Shown here in pieces: positions 36,848-47,974 of a DNA stretch of 64,000 bases (the first letter of the stretch is position 1; every line of letters starts with the position of its first letter). Where the stretch lies: assembly GCA_051530055.1 (NCBI GenBank), contig CM121341.1, positions 13,308,784 to 13,372,783 on the forward strand, written 5' to 3'. The stretch comes from Neoechinorhynchus agilis. Its lineage: Eukaryota; Animalia; Acanthocephala. The notes under the pieces are model-generated. The model made no database searches. It saw nothing but the letters and a program-made list of their open reading frames with translations, and had not been told where the DNA came from. A program made the position numbers and the translations under genes.

Positions 36848-38080
36848 ATGGGAAATGAAATTCAGCATCTCAGATCAAAAGAAAGTCGCAAAATCGAGGA
36901 GAGGATACAAAGGGCACAGCAAACCGGAATTCTACAAGCTACCTCCATGAAATTGCATAAGGTGAGCCGAATATTTCTTCACTAAAAATATCGTATTATA
37001 GGTTGTTCCAATAAAACTCTCGGTAGGGGAAACATTGCGACATATTGATTTAAGTCGAAATTCGATTAAAAATGTAACAGTCGAGTTCATGCGGTCGATT
37101 CCCAATATCCGCCATTTAAATCTCAATTCAAATTTGATAGGTATGGATCTTTCGAGGGATAAAGGGATTAAATATTCCCTAACCACAACGAAAACAATTA
37201 GTTTATTGTATAATAAGGCCCAAACTGTCATATGTCATTTTGATTAAAGCGATCAATTCACATTTGCTTTAAATATGAAAAGATTTGAGACCAATAATCT
37301 AAACATTATAATCCAAATTTCCTATGGATTTCCTTTCCCATTCGGGCATTCTTAAAGATCACCAAGATGTTTTGTTTAACATTTTCTCACGTTTCAATCG
37401 CTTTGACCTCTATTTTCGCGAGAAACCCAATTACTTTGAATGCGTTAAATGTGTTTGGATTAAAACTTGGGAACAATTAAAAGGCTTTTCGTTAAAATAT
37501 AGAAACATTCGTTTGCTTGGATACCCTAACAAAACTAGAGGAACTTTCTATTCGAAACAACAGACTGATCAAAGCGCCGGAAAATCTGCCAATATGTCTC
37601 AAACGACTTGACATTTCTTCAAACCGAATAAGATCGCTTTCACCTCTGTTTCATTTGACGAAGCTTGAGGAATTAAACGCGGACAACAACACCATAAATG
37701 CCGTTCAGGACGGGGTCGTGATCTTAGAAGCATTAGTGAACCTAAGTTTAATAAACAACCAAGTTGGTTTTCGTTGCGTCCTTCATTTTTTCCAAAAAAA
37801 ACACAGGTTGAGAACTTATCACCGTTGATTGGAAGGCTGTCAAAACTTCGAACACTTAAATTAGACAATAATAAGCTAAAATGTTTAGCCGAGGAAGATA
37901 TATTGGTGAAATCGGGAATTTGTCAAATCACAGGACTCGATTCGAACCCATTAGACAAACCATTTCATGAAATGATCGGATATGACGAGGTTTTCCAACT
38001 TGGACTTAATCTCAAGACTTTACATTCTTCCTTTTTAGTACATGGAAAGACACACTGCCATGAAGTTGAAAGGATTGTGA
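36848..38080 (+). CDS. LRRC57: Leucine-rich repeat protein 57, multi-exon
   Basis: MGN start, RIQRAQQTGILQ, LRHIDLSRNSI, LRTLKLDNN, GYDE|YMERHTAMK terminal exon. Confidence 0.85.
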
Positions 38081-38309
38081 ACTTTCATACGATTGCTAAT
38101 AATTTTATCTTTTTGTCTCCTTCCTAACCGGAGTGTTACAAGCTGGATTTCTTTTTGCCGCCTGTTATTTTTAAATGCACATTTTATTTCTTGACATTGA
38201 CTCCCAGTGTTTGCACTCTTGTGCTCCTCTCATAAAAGCGAATTATTCTTTCCAATAAAGCACATTTAACGGTTTTTACTGCCGCCTCAGTGTCGATTAG
38301 ATTTATTTA

Positions 38310-38358
38310 CAACTTTGATAAAGGCACACGATTGTGCCGAAATATCGGAATCAATAAA
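38310..38358 (+). ncRNA. Minimal hammerhead-like motif with U3-A8 core (weak helix I)
   Basis: UUGAUAA-A-GGCAC(ACGAUU)GUGCC-GAA-AUAU-C^GGAAUC-AAUAAA. Confidence 0.55.
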
Positions 38359-38587
38359 TTCTTTTAATTTTTCCGCCATATAAGAACAAATACATACCTA
38401 AAATCTATATGGCAAGAAAGGTAACAACTCGTTGCAATTAACATGTATAAAATTTTATAATTGCACGTTCCACTTGTTTTTTATATCTAAAAGCAGTAAA
38501 TGTTGCCAGAAATGTGATATTCACATAACCTACCCTCTCAATGTAGTCACTAAAAGAGTGCCTAATTTGCAGTACGTAAATTAAAGA

Positions 38588-38652
38588 TGGATTTTGCCGG
38601 AAATTGAATCCGGGACCTCATGCACTTTAAGCGAGAATCATACCATCAAGCC
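38588..38652 (-). pseudogene. Degenerate tRNA-Pro
   Basis: GGTATGATTCTCGCTTAAAGTGCATGAGGTCCCGGATTCAATTTCCGG resembles the eukaryotic tRNA-Pro body; 5' end and anticodon are damaged. Confidence 0.6.
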
Positions 38653-38984
38653 TGACAAAACTTTGGCTTAATCGAAAATTTTAATTGAATTCCAAAGTAA
38701 TAGACCCGATTTTTTTCAGTAGGTCAAATTTTACATGGGAGTCGTTGCAAAAAGGCCGTGTTTCTTGATTGAAATTTTTGTTTTTATGGAGATATTCATC
38801 GTCCCTTATAGCAGTGCCCACATACAGCCCGCGAGCTGATTTTAAATAGCCCGCCAGAGCTCAAGGATCTGCTGGAAAAATTTTCAAGTCCATTTAGTTT
38901 TGTTTTTCGAGAAAGTTTTTCTCTTCCTTTTTTAGCAGTAATAAGGTCTATTAAAGAAACAAACTGACGATCTGATACAATAAC

Positions 38985-39320
38985 CGCCGTCCGCAAAATC
39001 TTAGCATCGCTCCTTCCTCGGATGACGCTATCACGATAGCATCATAGCCTCGTTGTTTTGCAAGCGAGATATTTGGTCACAGGAAAAATACACCTGTTCG
39101 TGCGTCGGCGATCGTTTCTCTCAATTTCTTCGAGAGATCCTGGAGCAGAGTGAGTGCCAGGATCTCTCGAAGAAATTGAGAGAAACGATCGGCGAGAGAT
39201 CCTGGCACTCACTCTGCTCCAGGATCTCTCGAAGAAATTGAGAGAAACGATCGGCGAGAGATCGTTTCTCTCAATTTCTTCGAGAGATCCTGGAGCAGAG
39301 TGAGTGCCGAGCTACCAAGC
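38985..39320 (-). mobile_element. CRE-clade 3' fragment with internal fold-back amplification
   Basis: Near-match to 54755-54930 (LLQDLSKKLRET...ISLAKQRG). Confidence 0.75.
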
Positions 39321-40344
39321 GCTCCATACGTCTCTACTCCGAAGGGGACAAAATAGTGGCCCCATGCTTATATACAAGACACCGAAGGAATGCTGCTCTT
39401 GGCGGTCAATAATGTGGGATGAAGAGTAGGTCTGATTGTATTATTGATAGCAAATAACGATTTTCCAATGGTGTAACGGTGGGTGTATTATTAAAATCCC
39501 GATGCCGTTCCTCTAGAAATTGAAGAAATGGAGACCGCGGCGGGTATATTCATGGCATTTATTGATGCATAACCTAGTTTTCTCTTTTTCAAAAGTGAAA
39601 TTATAATAACAATACGTTTTGTTGTTCAAAGAAGAGGATCCATGCATCTCTGGGTTCTCATAAACACAGAACTCGCGAGCATTCGATTTCTGATAGGTTA
39701 AATGAATGTAGTTGTTTATTATGGCGTGGATGGCGGATCCCTTCGAGTGGGAAAGTTGGCTATCATTGGTATAGGAGAGTTTGGTTCATTTCTGGTCATA
39801 ATATCCGAGAATATTAGACAGTATGGGAAAAGAATCCTGAATAGAGGGCGTGGATGCCTCAGGTGAATATCGACTTTGTTCCCATTCTCAATGAGGTAAT
39901 CTTATGAACATTCTCTACGGTCGTGTCTTGGATCACTGTAAGTCTTATCAATATTAAGTGCTACATTTTGAAATCTCGCTATCCTGATGAGGAAACTTAG
40001 GAAATTCTTCTAATGAGCCAACAGCGTTCGAAGCCGTCTGATTCGTTAATCTCAGTTAAAATCATAGATGTTAAGAGATGCATAAACGTACCAAACAAAA
40101 CTAACAAAATTTACGAGTGATGCATTTAGGTTTTTAAATTTGCTGGTCCCGTTTGATGGCGATTAGAATCTACGTGATTAACAGGGTATCGGTTTGTAGT
40201 CTTTATTTTGTGAAGGATGCAAGAAGGGGATTAGATTTCATGACTCGATTTTAGACGTCGCTCATACAAATGAAGGATTTTGCATAAAATGCATAAATTC
40301 AATGTGGAGTTAGGAGGAAACACGTTCTTTATACCAAAACCTTG

Positions 40345-40818
40345 TCAATAATCCGAAGTCCGTTTCCTATTATTGATGGCCTTACCGAATCCTCCACGAC
40401 CAGGATCGAAATCCTGCCGATACTCATCTCTCACTTGACCCCCACTTCGACCTCGTCCGTATTCTCTTCCACTAGCATACCCAGCATCCCAGTCGGTTCG
40501 AATTATCCGGTTGTCCAATCGGGTTGCGTTAATATACCGCATTGCATCCTCAGCGTCGACTCGGTCGTAGTATTCAACAAAACAAAAACCGCACGGAGTC
40601 TGATTGAACTTGTCGAGGCCCATTATTACGCGACGAACGGGCCCAGCTCTGGAGAACAATTCGTAGATCTGTTCTTCATTCGTTACAAAGGCGAGATTCC
40701 CAACGTAGAGTGTAGTGCTCTTCTTTAAAGCATCTTCTTGCTCGGTTTTCGAACCCTGATAACGATTGTCTCTATATTGACTGAGAGCTATCGATTTTTC
40801 GCCGAGAAAAGCCGCCAT
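40345..40818 (-). CDS. NCBP2: Nuclear cap-binding protein subunit 2 (CBP20), intronless
   Basis: [21 protein letters not shown]...[33 protein letters not shown]. Confidence 0.97.
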   Translation of the reverse strand: MAAFLGEKSIALSQYRDNRYQGSKTEQEDALKKSTTLYVGNLAFVTNEEQIYELFSRAGPVRRVIMGLDKFNQTPCGFCFVEYYDRVDAEDAMRYINATRLDNRIIRTDWDAGYASGREYGRGRSGGQVRDEYRQDFDPGRGGFGKAINNRKRTSDY

Positions 40819-41663
40819 CTCGAAAATTTCGTTTAATAAACTCGGTTAAAGCGACAAAATATACGTTTTACCGTATACTAGAAACAAATGAAATAAAAAG
40901 TAAAGAAATTCAATGTTAAGAAAATTTTGAACTACTTTTTAAATGACTCACTGATCTCTTGACCATCGCCAGTGCAAAATTCATCACAACCAACACAACT
41001 GCTTGGTTACATCCGATAAGCTGACAAGGAAGAGCAAAGAAATGCGTCATCGTAGTCAATTGGTCACATTTTACCATTCGTCGTTCTTCCGCAATTGCGT
41101 TCGTCACCGATTTTGCGAGGTAAACTTTGTTTTTGTGAAAAAATACCGAATTCAACAAATTACTTCATTTTTTTCCGCCATATGGAAACGGCACGGACAA
41201 TACAATTTTTGATTTAAGAAGTTTAATTCGCGTTAAGAATAAAATCAATGTCATAGCCACCCCCTTACGCTGGCGGCACCTCCACGTAGGCTCCGTCATT
41301 TTCAGCGCCGACTCTCCTAGGGTCCATAAAGTCTCCGGTCAAAAGGGAACAAAGTTGAAATCTGTAACTATCTATATTTTAGAAATCACTTTTGCTCCGC
41401 TGCTATATGGCGGATCGCCTCTTTTTATACCAAAGATGTTTTGACACAACGCTCTCTAACTCAAAAATTGAATAATAATCAACGAGACTTAAAGGAATAA
41501 ATTTTAAAGGTATTGCGCTTGTGGGAAAGTGTAATTTGCGAGCCCTATTTCCGATTTGATTGAAATTGAAGACTTCCGACCGAACGTGACTCGTAGGATG
41601 TCATTTAGACGCTCGAGGGAGAATGTGTGTTCCGTTGTTTTCGGAGGAAAATTCGACCGAAAA

Positions 41664-41715
41664 CAATCGCTGAAGAAGATCTGAGATAGTGGATCGAAAT
41701 ATCAAATCAATAAAT
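41664..41715 (+). ncRNA. Minimal hammerhead with intact core but unpaired helix I
   Basis: CUGAAGA-A-GAUC(...)GAUC-GAA-AUAU-C^AAAUC-AAUAAA. Confidence 0.55.
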
Positions 41716-41917
41716 TCTTAATTTCATTTATCTCTCCTATCGACAAATAATTTATATTATCTCAATTTCCATCCTTTCATAATATCTCTAGAAAGAGACA
41801 CTCTTATATTGACGGAGCTGTTATCAAGAAAAATGTCTCGCTAGACTTTTCCCCGACCGTACAAATTCAATCTCAATCGCTATTAGGACATGATTTTATC
41901 ATATTTCAAACAGTAGA

Positions 41918-43790
41918 TTGACTCTAAGAGGCTCGCTTATAATGAGTCAATCAAACATTGCTAATTTTAATAATTTCATTTTAGCACAGTTAGCTAAATG
42001 TAAAAACATCACACTAAGACCCTTTAATGAGATTATTGTACGCTCGGCCAATCGGAATCTGGTAGTCTCTCAATATATCAGGAAACCCCTTAAAAGTAAA
42101 ATTGCCAACTTCTTTTATCGCCAGGCTATTGTCGCTGACTTAAGTGGTAATGCTGCACTGCATAAGAGATACATGGAGAATTTTTACAAAACCTTTTTTT
42201 TCCAAATTGAGAGATATGAGAATTTTTAAAGAAACAAAGAAATTTTTCTAAGGACTTTTGGTCAATCATCCTTAACAGGAAACCAGTTTGGTAAGATTAC
42301 TAAGCGCTGCTTGGTTGTTCAGCCGCATGTTTTATCTATTGATGATTGTTTGATTGACAATCCGACTGAAAGAGAGAGATTTTATTGAAACACCTAGCTT
42401 TCGCCGTCCAACGGCTTCTTCGGGGTGTAATTGTTTGTTAGTTTGACAATCCGACTGAAAGAGAGAGATTTTATTGAAATACCTAGCTTTCGCCGTCCAA
42501 CGGCTTCTTCAGGGTGTAATTGTTTGTTAGTTATTAAACCAGTTTAATGGAAAAGCAAAGCTGTTAGCTGGATCGGTTCAATCTCATTCCCAAGTGTTAT
42601 TGAACAAATTTTAAATTATCACACATTAGTGCTTTCTCTCAAACAATTTAGATGGAATTTTAAACTAACTGAGTTTCTTAACGCCTGTAAGCCTAATCCT
42701 TCCAGGGCCTTTAATAAAGTTTCCGTTTCTCCGAAATTTTTTACTTCGATGTACGGATCCATATTTACTCTTTTCCATCATAAATTTTATCAATACAAAT
42801 TAGATTTTAAGGATCTTCAAGAGATTAATATTGTAAAGAAAATGTTTATTCCGAAAGCTAAAGGTGCCATTAGCACGCCAAATCACATTAGAATCATTGC
42901 CATTCAAAATCCTATAATATCCTGTTTAGAGAGAATAGTCAATAACTCTCTTCTGAATTTTTTATACTCGAAAAACTAATCCCTCCATATTTTCACGGAT
43001 TTGTACGCAAAAGAGGTGTGCACTCACTTTTAAATGACTTGAATAATCTTAATCTTCCAATACACACAAATGAATTGTTAATCCAATTAGACCTGTTTAA
43101 TTGAAGGTCCCTTTAAACCTCATTTATAAGATTCAACACCTTATTGAATCCAAATCTTTTTATTATGAGGTGGATCCTTCGTGCACTAGATTTTACTCTA
43201 AATTCGGCGTTCCTCAAGGCTCGCCTTTATCTCCCACCCTCTTTCTTATTGTAACTATTTTTATATTCAAATCAATGAAGGGTTTTAGAAGCATACATCC
43301 ACTAGTCTATGCGGATGATATTTTTTTATTTTGTTCTGCTTAAAAAAATTAATTATTAATGTAAATAAGACTTTTATAATACCATTGACTAAATCCCGTC
43401 TTCCAAGGCGATCCCTAGTCAATCTTCTAAATTCTTCGCCCTTTTATAAAGGCGTTACAACTAAAATGCATACGCGACTATTAGGTATTAATTTCCCCTC
43501 GTCCGCTAACAGATTCTTTATAAATACTCATTTTAAATCTACTTTTAATAAAATTAAAGTAATCATTAAGAGGTATCGGTATCTTTCGCAGGACAAGGGT
43601 GTTCTCTACAACATTCTCGAAACTCTGATAAGGGGATCTGTCTGTTTTTTCGCTAGGGGTCGTCCTCCTGAAATGAGGCATGATTCTTTCAATAAGTTTT
43701 ATAATAAATTAAAGCAATTAATGAACAATCTAAAGTTAGAAGTGGATCCCATAAACTCCTTTTTATTAAAATTACTTTTTACAAAAATCT
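41918..43790 (+). mobile_element. Degenerate LINE reverse transcriptase region (same broad family as 59819-60763)
   Basis: IRIIAIQNP..CLERIV, FHGF, GVPQGSPLSPTLF, YADD, RLLG; stops and deletions present. Confidence 0.8.
42354..42531 (-). ncRNA. Tandem pair (89-bp unit) of minimal hammerheads inserted in the LINE
   Basis: ACACC-CUGAAGA-A-GCCGU(UGG)ACGGC-GAA-AGCU-A^GGU(G/A)U-UUCAAUAAA; the copy at 42390-42428 has U4>C. Confidence 0.85.
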
Positions 43791-44049
43791 GATTTTACAA
43801 TCCCCATCTTAACAACCGTAAGTTTGTTACGATGGGTTCCTTTGTATATAGACTCAAATGTGACTTACAAACAACGATTGAATCAATAATAGAGGTATTT
43901 AAACAATAATCGCAGGAAAAATCTCTAGCGATCGTTATTCTTGGAGATTTTCTACTCCTCAGGTTTGTGGACAAAATTCTCACTGGGTATCAAGACGATC
44001 TAAATTGGAAAGGTCCGAGCTCTAACTATTGCGACGTTCGCCTGAGCAC

Positions 44050-46340
44050 AGTCTTTTAATCCTTGCCCTAACTCGCTCTCGAAAAGAAGGTTTTATTTGA
44101 ACTATTAAGACGCGATTTGGGGTCTAAGATATCGCTGAATCCATTTCTGCCACTTGTAAAGGAACTCAATTCAGCGATATCCTCCTTTGCTAGTGGATCC
44201 GGTCATGGGCTAGACGGACTTAGGCCTCAACACCTCAAGGACATGTGGTCCTTCTCCGTCGGTGAAGCCCCTCAGAGCCTTTCGAATGGATTGTCACGCC
44301 TCGTTGATCTGTTCGTTGGTGACGAATTACCTCCCGTCGCAATTCAGTTGTTCTTTGGCGCTTCACTCTGTGCCCTTAAAAAGAAAGACGGTGGGATTCG
44401 TCCCATCGCTATAGGATCGACACTTCGGCGTCTTGCAGCAAAGATTCTTTGCAAACGTCTTGCAGTTGATCTTGGCGAACTTTTCCGCCCGGTACAACTC
44501 GGTTGCTGTACGCCTTGCGGAGCCGATCCTGTGTTGTGCTCAAGTGCGATTTCCGAAACGCCTTCAACTGTGTTGATCGCAGTGTGCTTCTAGAAGCTGT
44601 CGCAACTTACGCACCGGAAGCATACCAGTATTTCCTCAACGCCTATGGGACTGAGACTCCTCTTGTTTTCAACGACCGTATCATCTGGTCTCAACGAGGT
44701 GTCCAACAAGGTGATCCTCTCGATCCTATCGGTTTCTCTCTTGCCGTCAACCCGATCGCTCATTCGCTCCAATCCAAGTTTAATGCTTGGTATTTGGACG
44801 ATGCAACACTCGGTGGGTCTCCCTCCGTAGTGTTGCGAGATTTGGAGGTCGTCATGAGGGAAGCTGCCAAGCTCGGCGTTGAGCTTAATACCTCGAAATG
44901 TGAGCTGTTTGTGATGAATGCAGAAAACGCCGCTAGTCAAACTGAGATCCTCAACAGCTTTACGCAGCTAGCACCTAACATCAAAATAATTTCGCGTGCT
45001 CAACTGTCTCTTCTGGGTAGTTGCGTTTTTAATGAAAATATACCTCAAGAGATCCTCCAAATAGCGCCGAGAGTCGAATTGCTCTGCAAGCGTACGAAGG
45101 AACTTCCATCCCATCAGGCATTATTTTTAATAAAGAGTGCCCTGTTCCTTCAGAAGTTGCTGTACAAGTTGCGTACAGCGCCCTTCTTCAAACATCAACA
45201 CTCCTTGACGAAAATTGATGATAATTTAAGGAGGTGCCTCGAAAGGATTTTAAATATCCAACTGTCGGATGAGGCATGGAGACAAGCTTCCTTGCCTGTA
45301 TCTTAAGGCGGTTTGGGTATTCGTAAAACAGCCGATGTTGCGATTCCGGCCTTTTTAGGTTCCTATGAGAGCAGCCGAAAGTTAGTAGCTAAATTGCTCG
45401 AAAAAGAGTTTTTACTTGATGAAAATTTTAAAGAGGCGGTCTTCGAATTTTGTCGCATTACGCAGTGCGATGAAGTTACTTTGAGAAGCAAGAGACAGTC
45501 AGTTTGGGATAAACCTTTAATCACGCGAGTTCACAACTCAATGCTTTCTGACGCGCGTGATGAATTGACCCGAGCTCGATTGTTGGCGGTCTCCTCGAAG
45601 GAATCCGGTGCCTGGCTGAACGCAGTTCCGATTCCTTCGATCGGAAATTTACTGTCGGACGAAACAGTAAGGATCGGAGTGTCCCTACGACTAGGTCTCC
45701 CGATTTGTGTCCCACACTACTGTCGTTGTGGGGCCCTTGTGGATTCTTTGGGTAGACACGGTCTCGTTTGTCGCCAGTCCGGTGGCTGGTATGCTCGCCA
45801 CGCTGAGATTAACTCGGTTATTAGTCGGGCCTTAAACACGATACACGCACCGAATCTGCTCGAACCGAGTCACCTCTGCAGACTCGACGGTCGAAGACCG
45901 GATGGGTTAACGGTGTTCCCGTGGCGAGAAGGGAAATCCCTTCTCTGGGACGCTACTTGTGTGGACACCCTTGCTCTATCCAATCTAAGACATTCCTCAA
46001 GGCGCGAAGGAGGCGCTGCAATTGCCGCAGAGGAACTTAAGCGCGGGAGGTACGCGGAGCTCTTGAGGGCACATCACCTCGTCCGTTTCGGCGTTGAGAC
46101 GCTCGGTGCCTTCGGTGCTGAGGCCAAGAACTTTACGGCGGATCTTTCAAGGAAGATGAGGATCGCAACCGGAGACCCAAGAGCAGGAACGTTCTTCCTG
46201 CAAAACATAGGTCTCGCGATCCAGCGCGGCAACGCTGCAAGTGTCCTTGCGACGGTTCCGAATGGTAAAGAGATGGATCTGGGAGGCTCGTAGATACATG
46301 AGACTTTATTTGCTGTGAGCTTAGTTTATGTTTATTCTTA
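44050..46340 (+). mobile_element. CRE-clade (RT + restriction-like endonuclease) non-LTR retrotransposon, 5'-truncated, one frameshift and one stop
   Basis: GIRPIAIG, DFRNAFN, GVQQGDPL, WYLDD, CRCG...RHGLVC, RHAEIN, RPDG, WDATC, GVETLG, IQRGNAASV. Confidence 0.92.
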
Positions 46341-46880
46341 AATAAATTATAGAGTTATAATATGACTAGACTTACGACACAAGAAGTTACAATTTTTAAT
46401 CAGCTAAGTAAAAATTTCCTTTCAAAATGCTACCATAATTATATTTTAGAGAAAAATAACTGATGAACACTGATTGAGGGATTTGATCAATCCGACACTC
46501 GATCGGTGTTAATTATCAGTTTTGTTAATTGACAATACAATTAAGGAAAAGAGTATCAATATTAAATCTTATAAAATTGAACTTGTATTGGGTCAGAAAT
46601 AAATAAATAAAATAAATTTAACGAAAAAATAATGTCTCAAGACCAATCGCGATTCGAAAGAGCCCAGTTTGAGATTTCGGATTAAGAGGACGAATTTCGA
46701 GGTGATTTGTTGAGTTGCTGTAGTAATTCGTATGACGAAATCAGAACCTCTACCCTGACTCAAATTGCAATCATTTTTCCCTGAAACTTTTATCAACTCG
46801 CCGATACGATGCAAAAATCAATAAAACGTGTTATTATTAAATTTATGAATGTTGTGCAAATGTAGAAGATTAAATGTATA

Positions 46881-47736
46881 CAGGGTGTAACACACCCTTA
46901 GTACCCCCCCTCCACAAGGAAAACTATAACAGATATTCTGATGCGGTTTTCGGGGTTTGAAAGCTTATTTCAATACGCTTCTGAACACACCCCTACTACC
47001 CCCCTCCACAGAAAAAAACAGTGAAGATAGAAAGATGTGTTTATCACCATTGGAAAGCTTATTTCAATACGGATTCAACGGTATATCGCACTATGACATT
47101 CAATAATCAGTTAGGCCGCCATTGGCCTCCAGAACGGCCTTGATACGGGCAGGGTAGGAGCTCAAGAAGCGCTCGAACAGGCCGATGTTTCCGCGCAGCC
47201 CGGTCAGCACGACGTCGATGGCTCGACGCAGGGCTGCTTGGGAGTGGTCTCCGTCCTGCCGGAGATGCTCCTCGACCCCGTCCTTGATGATCGCTCCAAT
47301 GTGTTCAGCGAGGTTGAGGTCCGGAGACGACCCGGGCCACTCGGAGCTGGAGAAGAAGTCGAGTACGGAATCCCGGAGGAGCGCCTGGGTTGCAAGTGCC
47401 TTGCAGCACGGCGCCTTGTCGTGGAGGAAGGTGACATCTTGGACGCTGAGCACGTTTTGAGGGTTTTTCAAGAAGGGATTGACCTGCTCCGACAGAATAG
47501 AGCGGAAGTATTCGCCGTTCCACTTGGCCCCCTCCTCCTTGATGACCCAGAGGATCGCCTTCGCCGTGAACACCACGAAGATGCCGATGCAGGCTGGGGC
47601 TTGGGGGAGGCCGTGGGGGCGAAGTTATATATCGTTAGAAGCGTATTGAAATAAGTTTTCAAACCATGAAAACCGCATTAGAATATCTGTTATAGTTTTC
47701 CTTGTGGAGGGGGTACTAAGCGTGTGTTACACCCTG
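46881..47736 (-). mobile_element. Internally deleted Tc1/mariner element (D37E spacing), ~100-bp TIRs, TA target duplication
   Basis: TA|CAGGGTGTAACAC...GTGTTACACCCTG|TA; HDKAP...WPGSSPDLNLAE with 37 residues between D and E; subterminal direct repeat in the left end. Confidence 0.92.
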
Positions 47737-47974
47737 TATAGTTAACAGTAAAAAGAATGGTTGCTGATTACCTTTGAAAGTGAGTCTTTAAAAAACTCAT
47801 GATCTAAAAAAACTCGCGAAGTTGTCGTGCTGTTATAATTTTCATGCATAAACGTTTATACGAAACTTCTAAATCAACGCTTTTATAAAATGTTCAAATG
47901 ACATTGAAAATGTAGGTTAATGAAGTAAACGTTTATTAAACAGCGGTTCATATGATTTCAATTTGCGTCAAAAA

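Noticed and set aside
39980-40010. CTGATGAGGAAAC hammerhead-like core
   Set aside because: No helix II between the core and GAAA
39310-40300. Possible gene downstream of NCBP2
   Set aside because: No ORF of 60 aa or more and no recognisable motif
41255-41345. HDV-like ribozyme (CC-UCCACGUA-GG loop)
   Set aside because: The L3-like loop is present but P1, P1.1 (GG) and J4/2 could not be built
43795-43983. Opposite-strand CDYC...C motif as twin-priming inversion of the LINE
   Set aside because: Orientation is convergent, not the divergent junction expected, and the motif lacks the His
46455-46525. CTGATGA-containing palindromic stretch
   Set aside because: It has short stems but no GAA or cleavage triplet, and no second copy was seen
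47185-47662. Many overlapping ORFs on both strands
   Set aside because: Shadow frames of the GC-rich transposase
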